A DNA stretch of 64,000 bases. Origin: Phapecoctavirus DIJ07P2. The stretch lies in the sequence record OZ035771.1. One strand, 5' to 3'. The position numbers and the translations under genes are program-made. Within the stretch, counting starts at the first letter, position 1. Each line of letters starts with the position of its first letter. This document shows positions 54,243-61,166 of this stretch, piece after piece. The notes beneath the pieces are model-generated. The model saw nothing but the letters and a program-made list of their open reading frames with translations. It was not told the DNA's origin and ran no database searches.

Positions 54243-54302
54243 TTGACAGCACGAATAAAAAGAGTAAACTGTATTACATAGAGAGCGGGAACACTTCCCG
54301 CC
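54243..54302 (+). promoter_or_regulatory. early promoter + 5' stem-loop cassette, unit 8
   Basis: TTGACA, N16, TAAACT; stem-loop gcgggaaCACttcccgc; ATG 54327. Confidence 0.6.
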
Positions 54303-54326
54303 TCACTGAAAAAAGAGATTAACATC

Positions 54327-54566
54327 ATGGCTAAATCAAAAATGTTCTTAGGTCACAAAAATAAAACTCATTGGAATGTAAGCCTTTGGATTAATAACGA
54401 TGAATCGTTATATCGGTTGGCGAAAGAATTTATCGCCGCTAATACTAATCGTAATGATGCTGCCCGTGATATGATGTTATTCCTGGAACAAACTGGACAA
54501 GATAAAACTCCAGACGGTTTCAAGTATAGCACTACAGCGATCCGCGCCGCGATGGTTGGAATGTAA
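54327..54566 (+). CDS. small early protein (79 aa)
   Basis: track ORF; SD agagat. Confidence 0.5.
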   Translation: MAKSKMFLGHKNKTHWNVSLWINNDESLYRLAKEFIAANTNRNDAARDMMLFLEQTGQDKTPDGFKYSTTAIRAAMVGM

Positions 54567-54579
54567 AGGAGATATAAAA

Positions 54580-54660
54580 ATGAAACATCGTTCTACCTAT
54601 CTAACAAAACGTTTTAGCTTAGATCATAAATTGGGCTATTACGGAAGAAATAGAAAATAA
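54580..54660 (+). CDS. basic micro-protein (26 aa)
   Basis: ATG 54580 with strong SD aaggag 7 nt upstream; MKHRSTYLTKRFSLDHKLGYYGRNRK; second cistron of unit 8. Confidence 0.3.
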   Translation: MKHRSTYLTKRFSLDHKLGYYGRNRK

Positions 54661-54661
54661 T

Positions 54662-54722
54662 TTGACAACGTTTAAAATTAGTGTAAGATGTATCACATAG
54701 GGCGGGAAGTGGTTTCCCGCCA
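54662..54722 (+). promoter_or_regulatory. early promoter + 5' stem-loop cassette, unit 9
   Basis: TTGACA, N16, TAAGAT; stem-loop ggcgggaagTGGtttcccgcc; ATG 54744. Confidence 0.6.
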
Positions 54723-54743
54723 ACAACAGAGAGATTAAAGATT

Positions 54744-54971
54744 ATGGCTATCAATATTGTTCGCGTATCCGGCACCGTTGGCACTTCCCAAGTTATTGCA
54801 GTTGTAACAAACAAAAAGATTAATGATGTATGTGAAAGCTTGAATAAGTGGGCTATTGTTAATTTTGGGGAATATGCAAGCGTCGAGTACATCGAATCCT
54901 ACCAGGTGCCAACCATCAGCCTAACCGATCTCAACGTTGATCGCTTGTTGTGCCTGGATGAATTAATCTGA
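54744..54971 (+). CDS. small early protein (75 aa)
   Basis: track ORF; SD agagat. Confidence 0.5.
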   Translation: MAINIVRVSGTVGTSQVIAVVTNKKINDVCESLNKWAIVNFGEYASVEYIESYQVPTISLTDLNVDRLLCLDELI

Positions 54972-54981
54972 AAAAAGATTG

Positions 54982-55039
54982 TTGACACCGGAAAGAAAAA
55001 GAGTAGAATATATTACATAGGGCGGCAATGGTGCCGCTC
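54982..55039 (+). promoter_or_regulatory. early promoter + 5' stem-loop cassette, unit 10
   Basis: TTGACA, N16, TAGAAT; stem-loop gggcggcaATGGtgccgct; ATG 55063. Confidence 0.6.
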
Positions 55040-55062
55040 ACAACAGAAGAGAGATTATCACG

Positions 55063-55278
55063 ATGGCTAATATCCGCACTTTACTGAAAAATGCAAGTCA
55101 AGTTTTATTTTCAGATGATGAGTATTTCAATAAAGACATTACAGGCGTGAAAAATTTAAAAGACGTGAAGGATGTTATCGGTATTCGTGGATCTTTACGT
55201 AAAGGTGACTACTATGGTAACAAGGTGCAATATAAACTGTCAAAGGATTACAATTTTACTTTGACAATTATTTCATAA
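55063..55278 (+). CDS. small early protein (71 aa)
   Basis: track ORF; SD agagag. Confidence 0.5.
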   Translation: MANIRTLLKNASQVLFSDDEYFNKDITGVKNLKDVKDVIGIRGSLRKGDYYGNKVQYKLSKDYNFTLTIIS

Positions 55279-55284
55279 AACCGC

Positions 55285-55346
55285 TTGCAATACTGCAAAA
55301 ATAAAGTAAACTGTATTCATCAAGGCGGTGGAATAGCCAACCGCCT
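55285..55346 (+). promoter_or_regulatory. early promoter + 5' stem-loop cassette, unit 11
   Basis: TTGCAA, N16, TAAACT; stem-loop aggcggtggaatagccaaccgcct; ATG 55370. Confidence 0.5.
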
Positions 55347-55369
55347 AACAAAGAGAAGAGGAAAACATC

Positions 55370-55537
55370 ATGATCACTTTCGCTACCCGTGAAGCCGCTC
55401 GCAACGTTGCACGTAAAGTTAACGCCGCCAACCTGGGCGCTACGCTTAAAGCTCCGGTAAAAGATGAATCAGGCAAATGGATCTTCCCTGGTCTGCGTCA
55501 TGCTGACAAGTTAGGTACTTTAAGCCTTAAAAAATAA
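55370..55537 (+). CDS. small early protein (55 aa), basic
   Basis: ATG 55370 with SD gaggaaaa; stop 55535-55537; shares MITFA N-terminus with next gene; below track cut-off. Confidence 0.45.
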   Translation: MITFATREAARNVARKVNAANLGATLKAPVKDESGKWIFPGLRHADKLGTLSLKK

Positions 55538-55540
55538 TCG

Positions 55541-55580
55541 TTGACTTTTCGTTATAGCGCCTTACAATGGGCGCTATAGA
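55541..55580 (+). promoter_or_regulatory. early promoter with -10 embedded in palindrome, unit 12
   Basis: TTGACT, N16, TACAAT lying in loop of agcgccTTACAATGggcgct; ATG 55613. Confidence 0.45.
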
Positions 55581-55612
55581 GAAGAGAAACCACTACTAAC
55601 AAGGAAACCATT

Positions 55613-55834
55613 ATGATCACTTTCGCTATTGTCGCCGTTGTTGCTGGTCAAGTTTACGTAAATGAGACATTTACTACAGAAGACAAGGCAGCAGGAGATA
55701 TAACCGCCGTTTACAATGAGTGCAAGGCAGTAGAAAGGATGTTAGCGCCTTGTATGCTAATGAGTGAACGCCAGGACGGAATAACAGTATTTACTAACAT
55801 TGGAACAGGGTACCAAATGGTAGTAACAAAATAA
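55613..55834 (+). CDS. small early protein (73 aa)
   Basis: track ORF; hydrophobic N-terminus MITFAIVAVVAG. Confidence 0.5.
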   Translation: MITFAIVAVVAGQVYVNETFTTEDKAAGDITAVYNECKAVERMLAPCMLMSERQDGITVFTNIGTGYQMVVTK

Positions 55835-55837
55835 AGC

Positions 55838-55896
55838 TTGACACCGATTTAATTTTTAGTAAACTGTTACACGTAGGGCGGGAATAGTTCCCGCTC
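55838..55896 (+). promoter_or_regulatory. early promoter + 5' stem-loop cassette, unit 13
   Basis: TTGACA, N16, TAAACT; stem-loop gggcgggaaTAGttcccgct; ATG 55914. Confidence 0.6.
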
Positions 55897-55913
55897 AAAA
55901 AGAGAGAAAGATC

Positions 55914-56267
55914 ATGAAAGCACAAAATGCAATTAAAGAGTACATCCTTGCCGCTATCGGTTTTAATGATTACGGTATTACAACAGAAAAAGAGAAGATC
56001 GCGGAATTGATGCGCCGTTTTAATTCCGAGTACTGGTACCCTGATAACCAATCACGTTTTAATTATAGTATTGTTAAAGCACTTGCATCATGGTTACAAG
56101 GTTTGCCATCAGATATTAATATCGCTTTCGAATATTGGGAAGTGGATCGCTTGTTAACATCCTGGGGATACATTAAAGAGAATAGCAGCGATGATAAAAT
56201 CCAACGAGAAAGGGAAAATTATTGGCTTTATATTGCAGGCGTGATCCTTGCTTGCTCTTATGAATGA
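55914..56267 (+). CDS. small early protein (117 aa)
   Basis: track ORF; SD agagag. Confidence 0.5.
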   Translation: MKAQNAIKEYILAAIGFNDYGITTEKEKIAELMRRFNSEYWYPDNQSRFNYSIVKALASWLQGLPSDINIAFEYWEVDRLLTSWGYIKENSSDDKIQRERENYWLYIAGVILACSYE

Positions 56268-56273
56268 TAAACC

Positions 56274-56327
56274 TTGACAATTTTACAAAACAGTTTAAAT
56301 TAACAATATAGCGGCAATGGTGCCGCT
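56274..56327 (+). promoter_or_regulatory. early promoter + 5' stem-loop cassette, unit 14
   Basis: TTGACA, N16, TAAATT; stem-loop agcggcaATGGtgccgct; ATG 56347. Confidence 0.5.
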
Positions 56328-56346
56328 CATATAAAGAGGAAACAAA

Positions 56347-56493
56347 ATGAATACATCTAATCGCGCAGAAAAAATTCAATCTTCCAAGATCCGCAAGGCC
56401 TGGAACGAGGAAGTGATCCGCAAAGGCGACAAGCGTAATAAAACAAAGCGCGGGAAGAGTGACAAATATAATTGGATGGATTTAGAGGATTAA
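56347..56493 (+). CDS. basic small protein (48 aa)
   Basis: ATG 56347 with SD aagagg; Lys/Arg-rich; stop 56491-56493; terminator follows. Confidence 0.45.
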   Translation: MNTSNRAEKIQSSKIRKAWNEEVIRKGDKRNKTKRGKSDKYNWMDLED

Positions 56494-56500
56494 CATAACA

Positions 56501-56528
56501 AGGGCGCACCAAGCGCCCTTTCTTTTTA
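56501..56528 (+). terminator. rho-independent terminator (conserved caagggcgcacNaagcgccc type)
   Basis: gggcgcaccaagcgccc hairpin followed by tttctttttat. Confidence 0.6.
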
Positions 56529-56548
56529 TATGCAGAGGATAAACAAAG

Positions 56549-56734
56549 ATGACTTTAAACGAGCTTAAAACAGCCTACAACGCAACATTAAAAATAGCCG
56601 TGCGTTACCGTGATGCGTATGGTTTTATCGCGCAGGGCGTGATCCTGGGCTTTTCTGACGATGGTTTGATCTATGTTGATGCACATCACAACAAGGTTAA
56701 ACCTGAAAACGTCATTAATATAAAATATCTTTAA
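56549..56734 (+). CDS. small early protein (61 aa)
   Basis: track ORF; no cassette of its own (follows terminator). Confidence 0.4.
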   Translation: MTLNELKTAYNATLKIAVRYRDAYGFIAQGVILGFSDDGLIYVDAHHNKVKPENVINIKYL

Positions 56735-56740
56735 AAATGG

Positions 56741-56800
56741 TTGACACCATAACCGGACCTGTTAAACTGTATTACATCAGGCGGGGAATAGTTCCCCACC
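56741..56800 (+). promoter_or_regulatory. early promoter + 5' stem-loop cassette, unit 15
   Basis: TTGACA, N16, TAAACT; stem-loop aggcggggaaTAGttccccacc; ATG 56820. Confidence 0.6.
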
Positions 56801-56819
56801 ATACAAAAAGGTAAATATT

Positions 56820-57026
56820 ATGATCACCGCAAAACAAGAAAAAATCATTATCGACGTTGCAGCCGTTGCCGCTATCGCTATTATTGGATCTTATTATGAT
56901 ACCCGTTTCCCGTCGGCTATGCATGAGGTCGCCGCCGTTGCATCAGTTGGCGTACTGTTTTACGTTGGTAAACGCTATTTATCACCAATGATTAACAAGC
57001 TGACACCGTGGAAAAATAAAGGTTGA
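56820..57026 (+). CDS. small membrane protein (68 aa)
   Basis: track ORF; hydrophobic VAAVAAIAIIG and VAAVASVGVLFYV segments. Confidence 0.5.
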   Translation: MITAKQEKIIIDVAAVAAIAIIGSYYDTRFPSAMHEVAAVASVGVLFYVGKRYLSPMINKLTPWKNKG

Positions 57027-57080
57027 TCCTGTTTTACATTATGTTATAGTTATCGTGTAGGGCGGCAATGGTGCCGCGCC
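57023..57080 (+). promoter_or_regulatory. early promoter + 5' stem-loop cassette, unit 16
   Basis: TTGATC, N16, TATAGT; stem-loop gggcggcaATGGtgccgcg; ATG 57098. Confidence 0.5.
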
Positions 57081-57097
57081 CCTTTGAGGATGCAATC

Positions 57098-57382
57098 ATG
57101 AGTAAAGCTAACACCGTGCTAATGTTTTCCCTGATTAATGATCTCGCTTACTTGTCCAACATGACGCAGGAGGGTAACACATTAACGGCAACATTCACCA
57201 ATAAGCTTGACCGAGTGATCATCGTCTCACTGAAAACAGTTAGTAAAGGCTTTTACTTGTTAGCTTATCATTGTATCACTGATACCGATGAGACAAGCCA
57301 GGACTATAGCGCCCCTTTCCCTGAATCAATGGCACGGGAGATCATCGCCGCCGTTGTAAATGATGGTTTGTTTACTGCATAA
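57098..57382 (+). CDS. small early protein (94 aa)
   Basis: ATG 57098 with SD gagga; track start 57068 lies within stem-loop. Confidence 0.5.
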   Translation: MSKANTVLMFSLINDLAYLSNMTQEGNTLTATFTNKLDRVIIVSLKTVSKGFYLLAYHCITDTDETSQDYSAPFPESMAREIIAAVVNDGLFTA

Positions 57383-57400
57383 AATAATTTAGAAAAAGGC

Positions 57401-57458
57401 TTGCAATCATTTTGAGATAGTGTATATTTAATTCATAGGGCGGCGGGAATAGTTCCCA
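57401..57458 (+). promoter_or_regulatory. early promoter + 5' stem-loop cassette, unit 17
   Basis: TTGCAA, N16, TATATT; stem-loop gggcggcgggaatagttccc; ATG 57481. Confidence 0.5.
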
Positions 57459-57480
57459 AAGCAAACGAGAGGATTACACG

Positions 57481-57600
57481 ATGAGCAAGTACACAGTAGA
57501 ATACACGGTAGAGAATCCGGCAGTATCCGAAGGTAAAAAGATGACATTTACCATCAGTATAATCGCTTTCGTTGTCACTATCTTATCAATCATCTTATAA
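57481..57600 (+). CDS. micro-protein (39 aa) with C-terminal transmembrane helix
   Basis: ATG 57481 with SD gagagg; MSKYTVEYTVENPAVSEGKKMTFTISIIAFVVTILSIIL; stop 57598-57600. Confidence 0.4.
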   Translation: MSKYTVEYTVENPAVSEGKKMTFTISIIAFVVTILSIIL

Positions 57601-57610
57601 GGTGCACACC

Positions 57611-57772
57611 ATGAAAACAACAGATATTATCAAAGAGATCGCCCTTGCCGCTGGCGTTGAGATCGAGGAAGTGATCGCGCTCAATCTTACAGAAAACGAT
57701 CTGCGCAACTATGAAGCGGAAAGCGTGAAAGCAAGTGGCGCGGTCCTGGCATATAATCCGGCTAACAAATAG
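57611..57772 (+). CDS. small early protein (53 aa)
   Basis: ATG 57611 with SD aaggtg, preferred over track start 57572 which overlaps previous micro-ORF. Confidence 0.4.
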   Translation: MKTTDIIKEIALAAGVEIEEVIALNLTENDLRNYEAESVKASGAVLAYNPANK

Positions 57773-57773
57773 T

Positions 57774-57830
57774 TTGACAAGCTGAATCAACCTGATAAGA
57801 TGTATCACATAGGGGCGACAAGCGCCCCGC
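57774..57830 (+). promoter_or_regulatory. early promoter + 5' stem-loop cassette, unit 18
   Basis: TTGACA, N16, TAAGAT; stem-loop ggggcgACAAgcgcccc; ATG 57850. Confidence 0.6.
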
Positions 57831-57849
57831 CTAACAGAGAGATAGAATC

Positions 57850-58128
57850 ATGACCATCGCCAAATTATCCGCCGAAGAAATCGAACAAGTGCTAACTACT
57901 AACCTGGAACAATGGAAACGTGAGGCAGATATACAATCAGCACAATGGCTTAACGAGAAGTTAACACCGGATGATCTGAGTAAGATTATAGATCCTCAAT
58001 TCTACGAAGATATTCACGACACCGTTTTAAGCGTCGAGGATGTACTTGATAAGCATTATATTGCTACTGATTTGCAGGTTTACGGGCGTAAAAACTTTAT
58101 TACTATTCACGACATTTACAATAACTAA
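57850..58128 (+). CDS. small early protein (92 aa)
   Basis: track ORF; SD agagag. Confidence 0.5.
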   Translation: MTIAKLSAEEIEQVLTTNLEQWKREADIQSAQWLNEKLTPDDLSKIIDPQFYEDIHDTVLSVEDVLDKHYIATDLQVYGRKNFITIHDIYNN

Positions 58129-58136
58129 GGGATAAC

Positions 58137-58265
58137 ATGAATCCGAAAGATATGCAAGCATGGAAAGGGTACGACGATCTAAGCGCCTTGCGCAATAAGT
58201 CAAGCCGTAACCTTAGACGGTTAGAAGCAAAGAAAAAGAAAAAACAGTTTGACAAGTCCGCTTAA
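58137..58265 (+). CDS. Lys-rich micro-protein (42 aa)
   Basis: ATG 58137 with SD aaggg; ...RNLRRLEAKKKKKQFDKSA; 3' end overlaps next -35. Confidence 0.35.
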   Translation: MNPKDMQAWKGYDDLSALRNKSSRNLRRLEAKKKKKQFDKSA

Positions 58266-58305
58266 TCTGGTAAAGTGTATCTCGTAGGGCGGCAATGATG
58301 CCGCT
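58249..58305 (+). promoter_or_regulatory. early promoter + 5' stem-loop cassette, unit 19
   Basis: TTGACA, N16, TAAAGT; stem-loop gggcggcaATGAtgccgct; ATG 58326. Confidence 0.6.
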
Positions 58306-58325
58306 CACAAGAAGAGAGAAAAATC

Positions 58326-58610
58326 ATGAAGATCACAAAAAGCCTAACTAATTATGCAGCACGTCGCGGATTATGCTTAACCGTTGAAAACTCAGGGAAA
58401 GAAGACTTTTTGTGTTTTTGGGAGCTTGAAAATGATTGCGAGTGGATGTTTTCTTATTCTATCTGCGAAGATCAAAACGGTTGTTTGTTAACCTGGCGCG
58501 GTAATATCTATTTACCGGAAGAAATTAAAGAAGAGTTACCAGGTACGATCATGACAGAGAGACAGCTTAAGGAAGTGATCAATTTTGTAGGGCAAAACAT
58601 TAAAAAATAA
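58326..58610 (+). CDS. small early protein (94 aa)
   Basis: track ORF; SD agagag. Confidence 0.5.
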   Translation: MKITKSLTNYAARRGLCLTVENSGKEDFLCFWELENDCEWMFSYSICEDQNGCLLTWRGNIYLPEEIKEELPGTIMTERQLKEVINFVGQNIKK

Positions 58611-58612
58611 TT

Positions 58613-58673
58613 TGACAGCACGCAAACAACGTAGTAAAGTTTACCACATAGGGCGGCGGAATGGTCCACCGCT
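58613..58673 (+). promoter_or_regulatory. early promoter + 5' stem-loop cassette, unit 20
   Basis: TTGACA, N17, TAAAGT; stem-loop ggcggcggaATGGtccaccgc; ATG 58696. Confidence 0.6.
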
Positions 58674-58695
58674 CACAACAGAAGAGAAACAAATC

Positions 58696-58866
58696 ATGAT
58701 CCCGACTATGTTTTATGTATCGCGCAAAGGTCACAATATTTTTTGGTCTGAAGATTTAAATGAAGCCATGACGTTTGCCCGTGATCGTGTTGCTATCGGT
58801 GGCGTTAACATCACCGTAACCGATGAAAATGGCATTGAATACTATAACGGCGACGATGAAGAGTAA
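58696..58866 (+). CDS. small early protein (56 aa)
   Basis: ATG 58696 with SD agaga; track start 58612 lies in promoter. Confidence 0.45.
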   Translation: MIPTMFYVSRKGHNIFWSEDLNEAMTFARDRVAIGGVNITVTDENGIEYYNGDDEE

Positions 58867-58871
58867 TTAAT

Positions 58872-58893
58872 AAGGCGGGGAATACTTCCCGCC
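58872..58893 (+). promoter_or_regulatory. cassette-type GC stem-loop located downstream of a gene (terminator or RNA processing/stability element)
   Basis: ggcggggaatacttcccgcc directly after stop 58864-58866, not followed by a clean T-tract. Confidence 0.35.
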
Positions 58894-58932
58894 ACGCAGT
58901 GAATTTTCCGTTTGGGAAGTAAAAAATAAATC

Positions 58933-58994
58933 TTGACGATAATTTGTTATCTGATAGAATGTATTTCGTAGGGCGGGGCAATAAGGCAAGCCCA
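58933..58994 (+). promoter_or_regulatory. early promoter cassette with weak stem-loop, unit 21
   Basis: TTGACG, N16, TAGAAT; gtatttcgtagggcgggg then weak gggc..gccc stem; ATG 59011. Confidence 0.5.
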
Positions 58995-59010
58995 CAAAGA
59001 GGAAAATAAA

Positions 59011-59379
59011 ATGAGCAAATCAGCAATTAAAGCACTTGAAAAAGCACAAGAAGTGATCGCAACGTCAACCACTGGCGCAAAGGTTAATCTCGTTTGTTAT
59101 CTGACAGATGAAACTATCCGTAAAAATTGGCGTAATGCTGATTTACTGGCTTGCTTATTGATTAATAGTGTCGCTAATGCTTTCCAGTGTGAAACAGCCG
59201 AGAGCCTGGAGGAAAACTTGTTTGATAATATGGATCAAGCCATTGAAACCTATATACAATCAAACCTGGATAGCTGGAACAGTAAAACATGGCCCGACAA
59301 TTTACGCGATACAACTGATCAACTGATCCGCCTTGCCCTGATGGTTGAACGCGATAACGTTTACAACAGCACAAAGTAA
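59011..59379 (+). CDS. small early protein (122 aa)
   Basis: track ORF; SD agagga. Confidence 0.5.
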   Translation: MSKSAIKALEKAQEVIATSTTGAKVNLVCYLTDETIRKNWRNADLLACLLINSVANAFQCETAESLEENLFDNMDQAIETYIQSNLDSWNSKTWPDNLRDTTDQLIRLALMVERDNVYNSTK

Positions 59380-59387
59380 GATTATAC

Positions 59388-59410
59388 AAGGGCGCACTAA
59401 GCGCCCTTTA
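59388..59410 (+). terminator. rho-independent terminator (conserved caagggcgcacNaagcgccc type)
   Basis: gggcgcactaagcgccc hairpin then tttaacg. Confidence 0.5.
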
Positions 59411-59443
59411 ACGTAAAGAAATGTAAATAATGCGCTATCCCTA

Positions 59444-59475
59444 TTGACAGGGGATCGGCGTTATATTATATTTAA
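59444..59475 (+). promoter_or_regulatory. early promoter without GC stem-loop, unit 22
   Basis: TTGACA, N16-18, TATATT; ATG 59518. Confidence 0.45.
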
Positions 59476-59517
59476 CTTACTGGCAGCAAACAACGAAACG
59501 AAACAAAGGACAACATC

Positions 59518-59937
59518 ATGAACATTAAATCAAATAATCCAGCTTACTCCTTCGATAACGCTTTTTGTCACGGTAGCGCCGCCAAAGGCTTCGAAATCGA
59601 TGGTAAATTGGTTATCGTGAACGTTGACGGGGAAGAGGTTGCAGTGTATCCGGTAAACGATGTTAAAAGCCGTTTACAATGCCGCATGGATGTTACCGCA
59701 TATCAGCTTGATCCGGTCCGTGTAGTTGCCCTGGTATTAGAGGAAGAGATCAAAGCAATGCATCACAGTAATAAGTTTATTGGTGACGCGCAGGATAATA
59801 TGAACGTTTGCCGCCATAAAGTTAATGAAGCATTGAAAGAATGCGGTTTTAAGGATCTGATGATTAAACGTGATGAAAAATTCCGCTTTCGTAATGACCT
59901 GGCAAACCGGATCTACTCAATCTATGAAGCTTTATAA
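59518..59937 (+). CDS. small early protein (139 aa)
   Basis: track ORF; SD aaagga. Confidence 0.5.
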   Translation: MNIKSNNPAYSFDNAFCHGSAAKGFEIDGKLVIVNVDGEEVAVYPVNDVKSRLQCRMDVTAYQLDPVRVVALVLEEEIKAMHHSNKFIGDAQDNMNVCRHKVNEALKECGFKDLMIKRDEKFRFRNDLANRIYSIYEAL

Positions 59938-59952
59938 TCGACAACAAAACAA

Positions 59953-59980
59953 GGGGCGCACAAAGCGCCCTTTCTTTTTG
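59953..59980 (+). terminator. rho-independent terminator (conserved caaggggcgcacaaagcgccc type)
   Basis: ggggcgcacaaagcgccc hairpin followed by tttctttttg. Confidence 0.6.
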
Positions 59981-60059
59981 CCCGAACAATGTTGATAGCT
60001 TTCGCCTATGAAAAACCGACACAGAACAAAACTGAATAAATCGCGGTATCGAGCTAATC

Positions 60060-60480
60060 AACCAGCAAACGAATAACCATACCTCCCAGGGTTACAGGCT
60101 GTTAGAGAGCCATTTAGAGCGGTTAAAATCGATCAACAACCAACAACAAACCATCAAAAACACCCTTTTACCTCCTTTCTAGTGCAATGATAACCATTAT
60201 CATCTACCCATGATTATCTATGCAATATAAGCGCATAATTATAATGTTGATAATAGTTCGCAACAACTAACCAACAAACAACATAAAACAATAAGCAAAC
60301 TAATCATAATCAAAGGAATAATAGCAAGATGATTGATAACGACAAACAATCGAACCATGATGAATACTAAGCAAGATAACGATAACACGACAAAACAACC
60401 AACTAACGAACAATAACAAACGAAACCATTAAAATAATAACTATTAGCAAAATAGTGCCTGAATGAAATCATTACAAAAC
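60060..60480. repeat. strand-biased A+C-rich (plus strand) non-coding tract with short caacaa/gataacga-type repeats
   Basis: plus strand nearly devoid of G and T runs, e.g. caaccaacaacaaaccatcaaaaacaccc and gataacgacaaacaatcgaacc / gataacgataacacgacaaaacaacc. Confidence 0.5.
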
Positions 60481-60507
60481 GAATCATTCACAGAGTCATC
60501 ATTAGCA

Positions 60508-60660
60508 CGCTATGCCGGACACATAGCGAGCTAATAATAAGCCAACTACACCCCAACAATCATAACCATCGGTGACGGTTATTTCTTGTTACTGCGTAGC
60601 TTGCAATAATTGCAAGCGTAATGACGCTTACACTTATTGCGCTGGCTTATTATTAGCATT
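60508..60660. repeat. nested inverted repeats (potential cruciform / large stem-loop)
   Basis: cgctatg-N7-catagcg (60508-60528); 14-bp arms gctaataataagcc (60530-60543) and ggcttattattagc (60644-60657) flanking perfect 19-bp palindrome gcttgcaataattgcaagc (60599-60617). Confidence 0.55.
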
Positions 60661-60964
60661 ATATGTAATTACCAAGATCATAACATTAGCGCAATAACAA
60701 TAGTCATTGTAATAATTACATGAGTTATCACTATCGTTCAGTGTGATCATCATTAGCACAGTGAATAATTGCACGTAGCAACATGAGCGAATAGCGACAG
60801 GTTGCATAGTGTGCACATAGTGTATAAACATACAAGAAAATAAAGGCTAATCTTTTGGGGGCGAATACTATCGCGTAGCGATATGTTGAGCACCTTCTCT
60901 TAAACGTAAATAAAATCAGAAAATTCTTGATTTATTTTAGTTTTTATGTTAATAAACGTTTAAA

Positions 60965-60983
60965 TAATAATCATTCTCATATA
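60965..60983. promoter_or_regulatory. TTCTCAT-type Fur-box-like site
   Basis: ataataatcattctcatat. Confidence 0.4.
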
Positions 60984-61140
60984 AATAATAGTCTGCTTGT
61001 CATGAGCGGGATTAGTTGACAATGTTCCGTCATATGATGAAGTTGCCAAGCCATTGATAAATAAGTGTTTGTGTGATTTATAATCAGGTGGCCCACCTTG
61101 TCGCTATGTTGGCATGAGCCTTGCATAAGTCATTGAATAC

Positions 61141-61166
61141 GAATGATAATTATTCTCATTCGCATG
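61141..61166. promoter_or_regulatory. TTCTCAT-type Fur-box-like palindromic site
   Basis: gaatgataattattctcattcgcatg (gaatga-N9-tcattc). Confidence 0.4.

Noticed and set aside
51349-59475. Regularly spaced about 20-bp GC-rich repeats could suggest a CRISPR array
   Set aside because: Repeat units are imperfect hairpins with variable arms, spaced 200-550 bp rather than 30-40 bp, and each is preceded by a promoter and followed by an SD and ORF; no spacer-like organisation
60239-60487. Minus-strand ORF of 82 aa encoding a very hydrophobic peptide within the A+C-skewed tract
   Set aside because: Composition is a direct consequence of the G+T-rich complementary strand; no SD or promoter seen; treated as artefact, though a membrane peptide cannot be excluded without expression data
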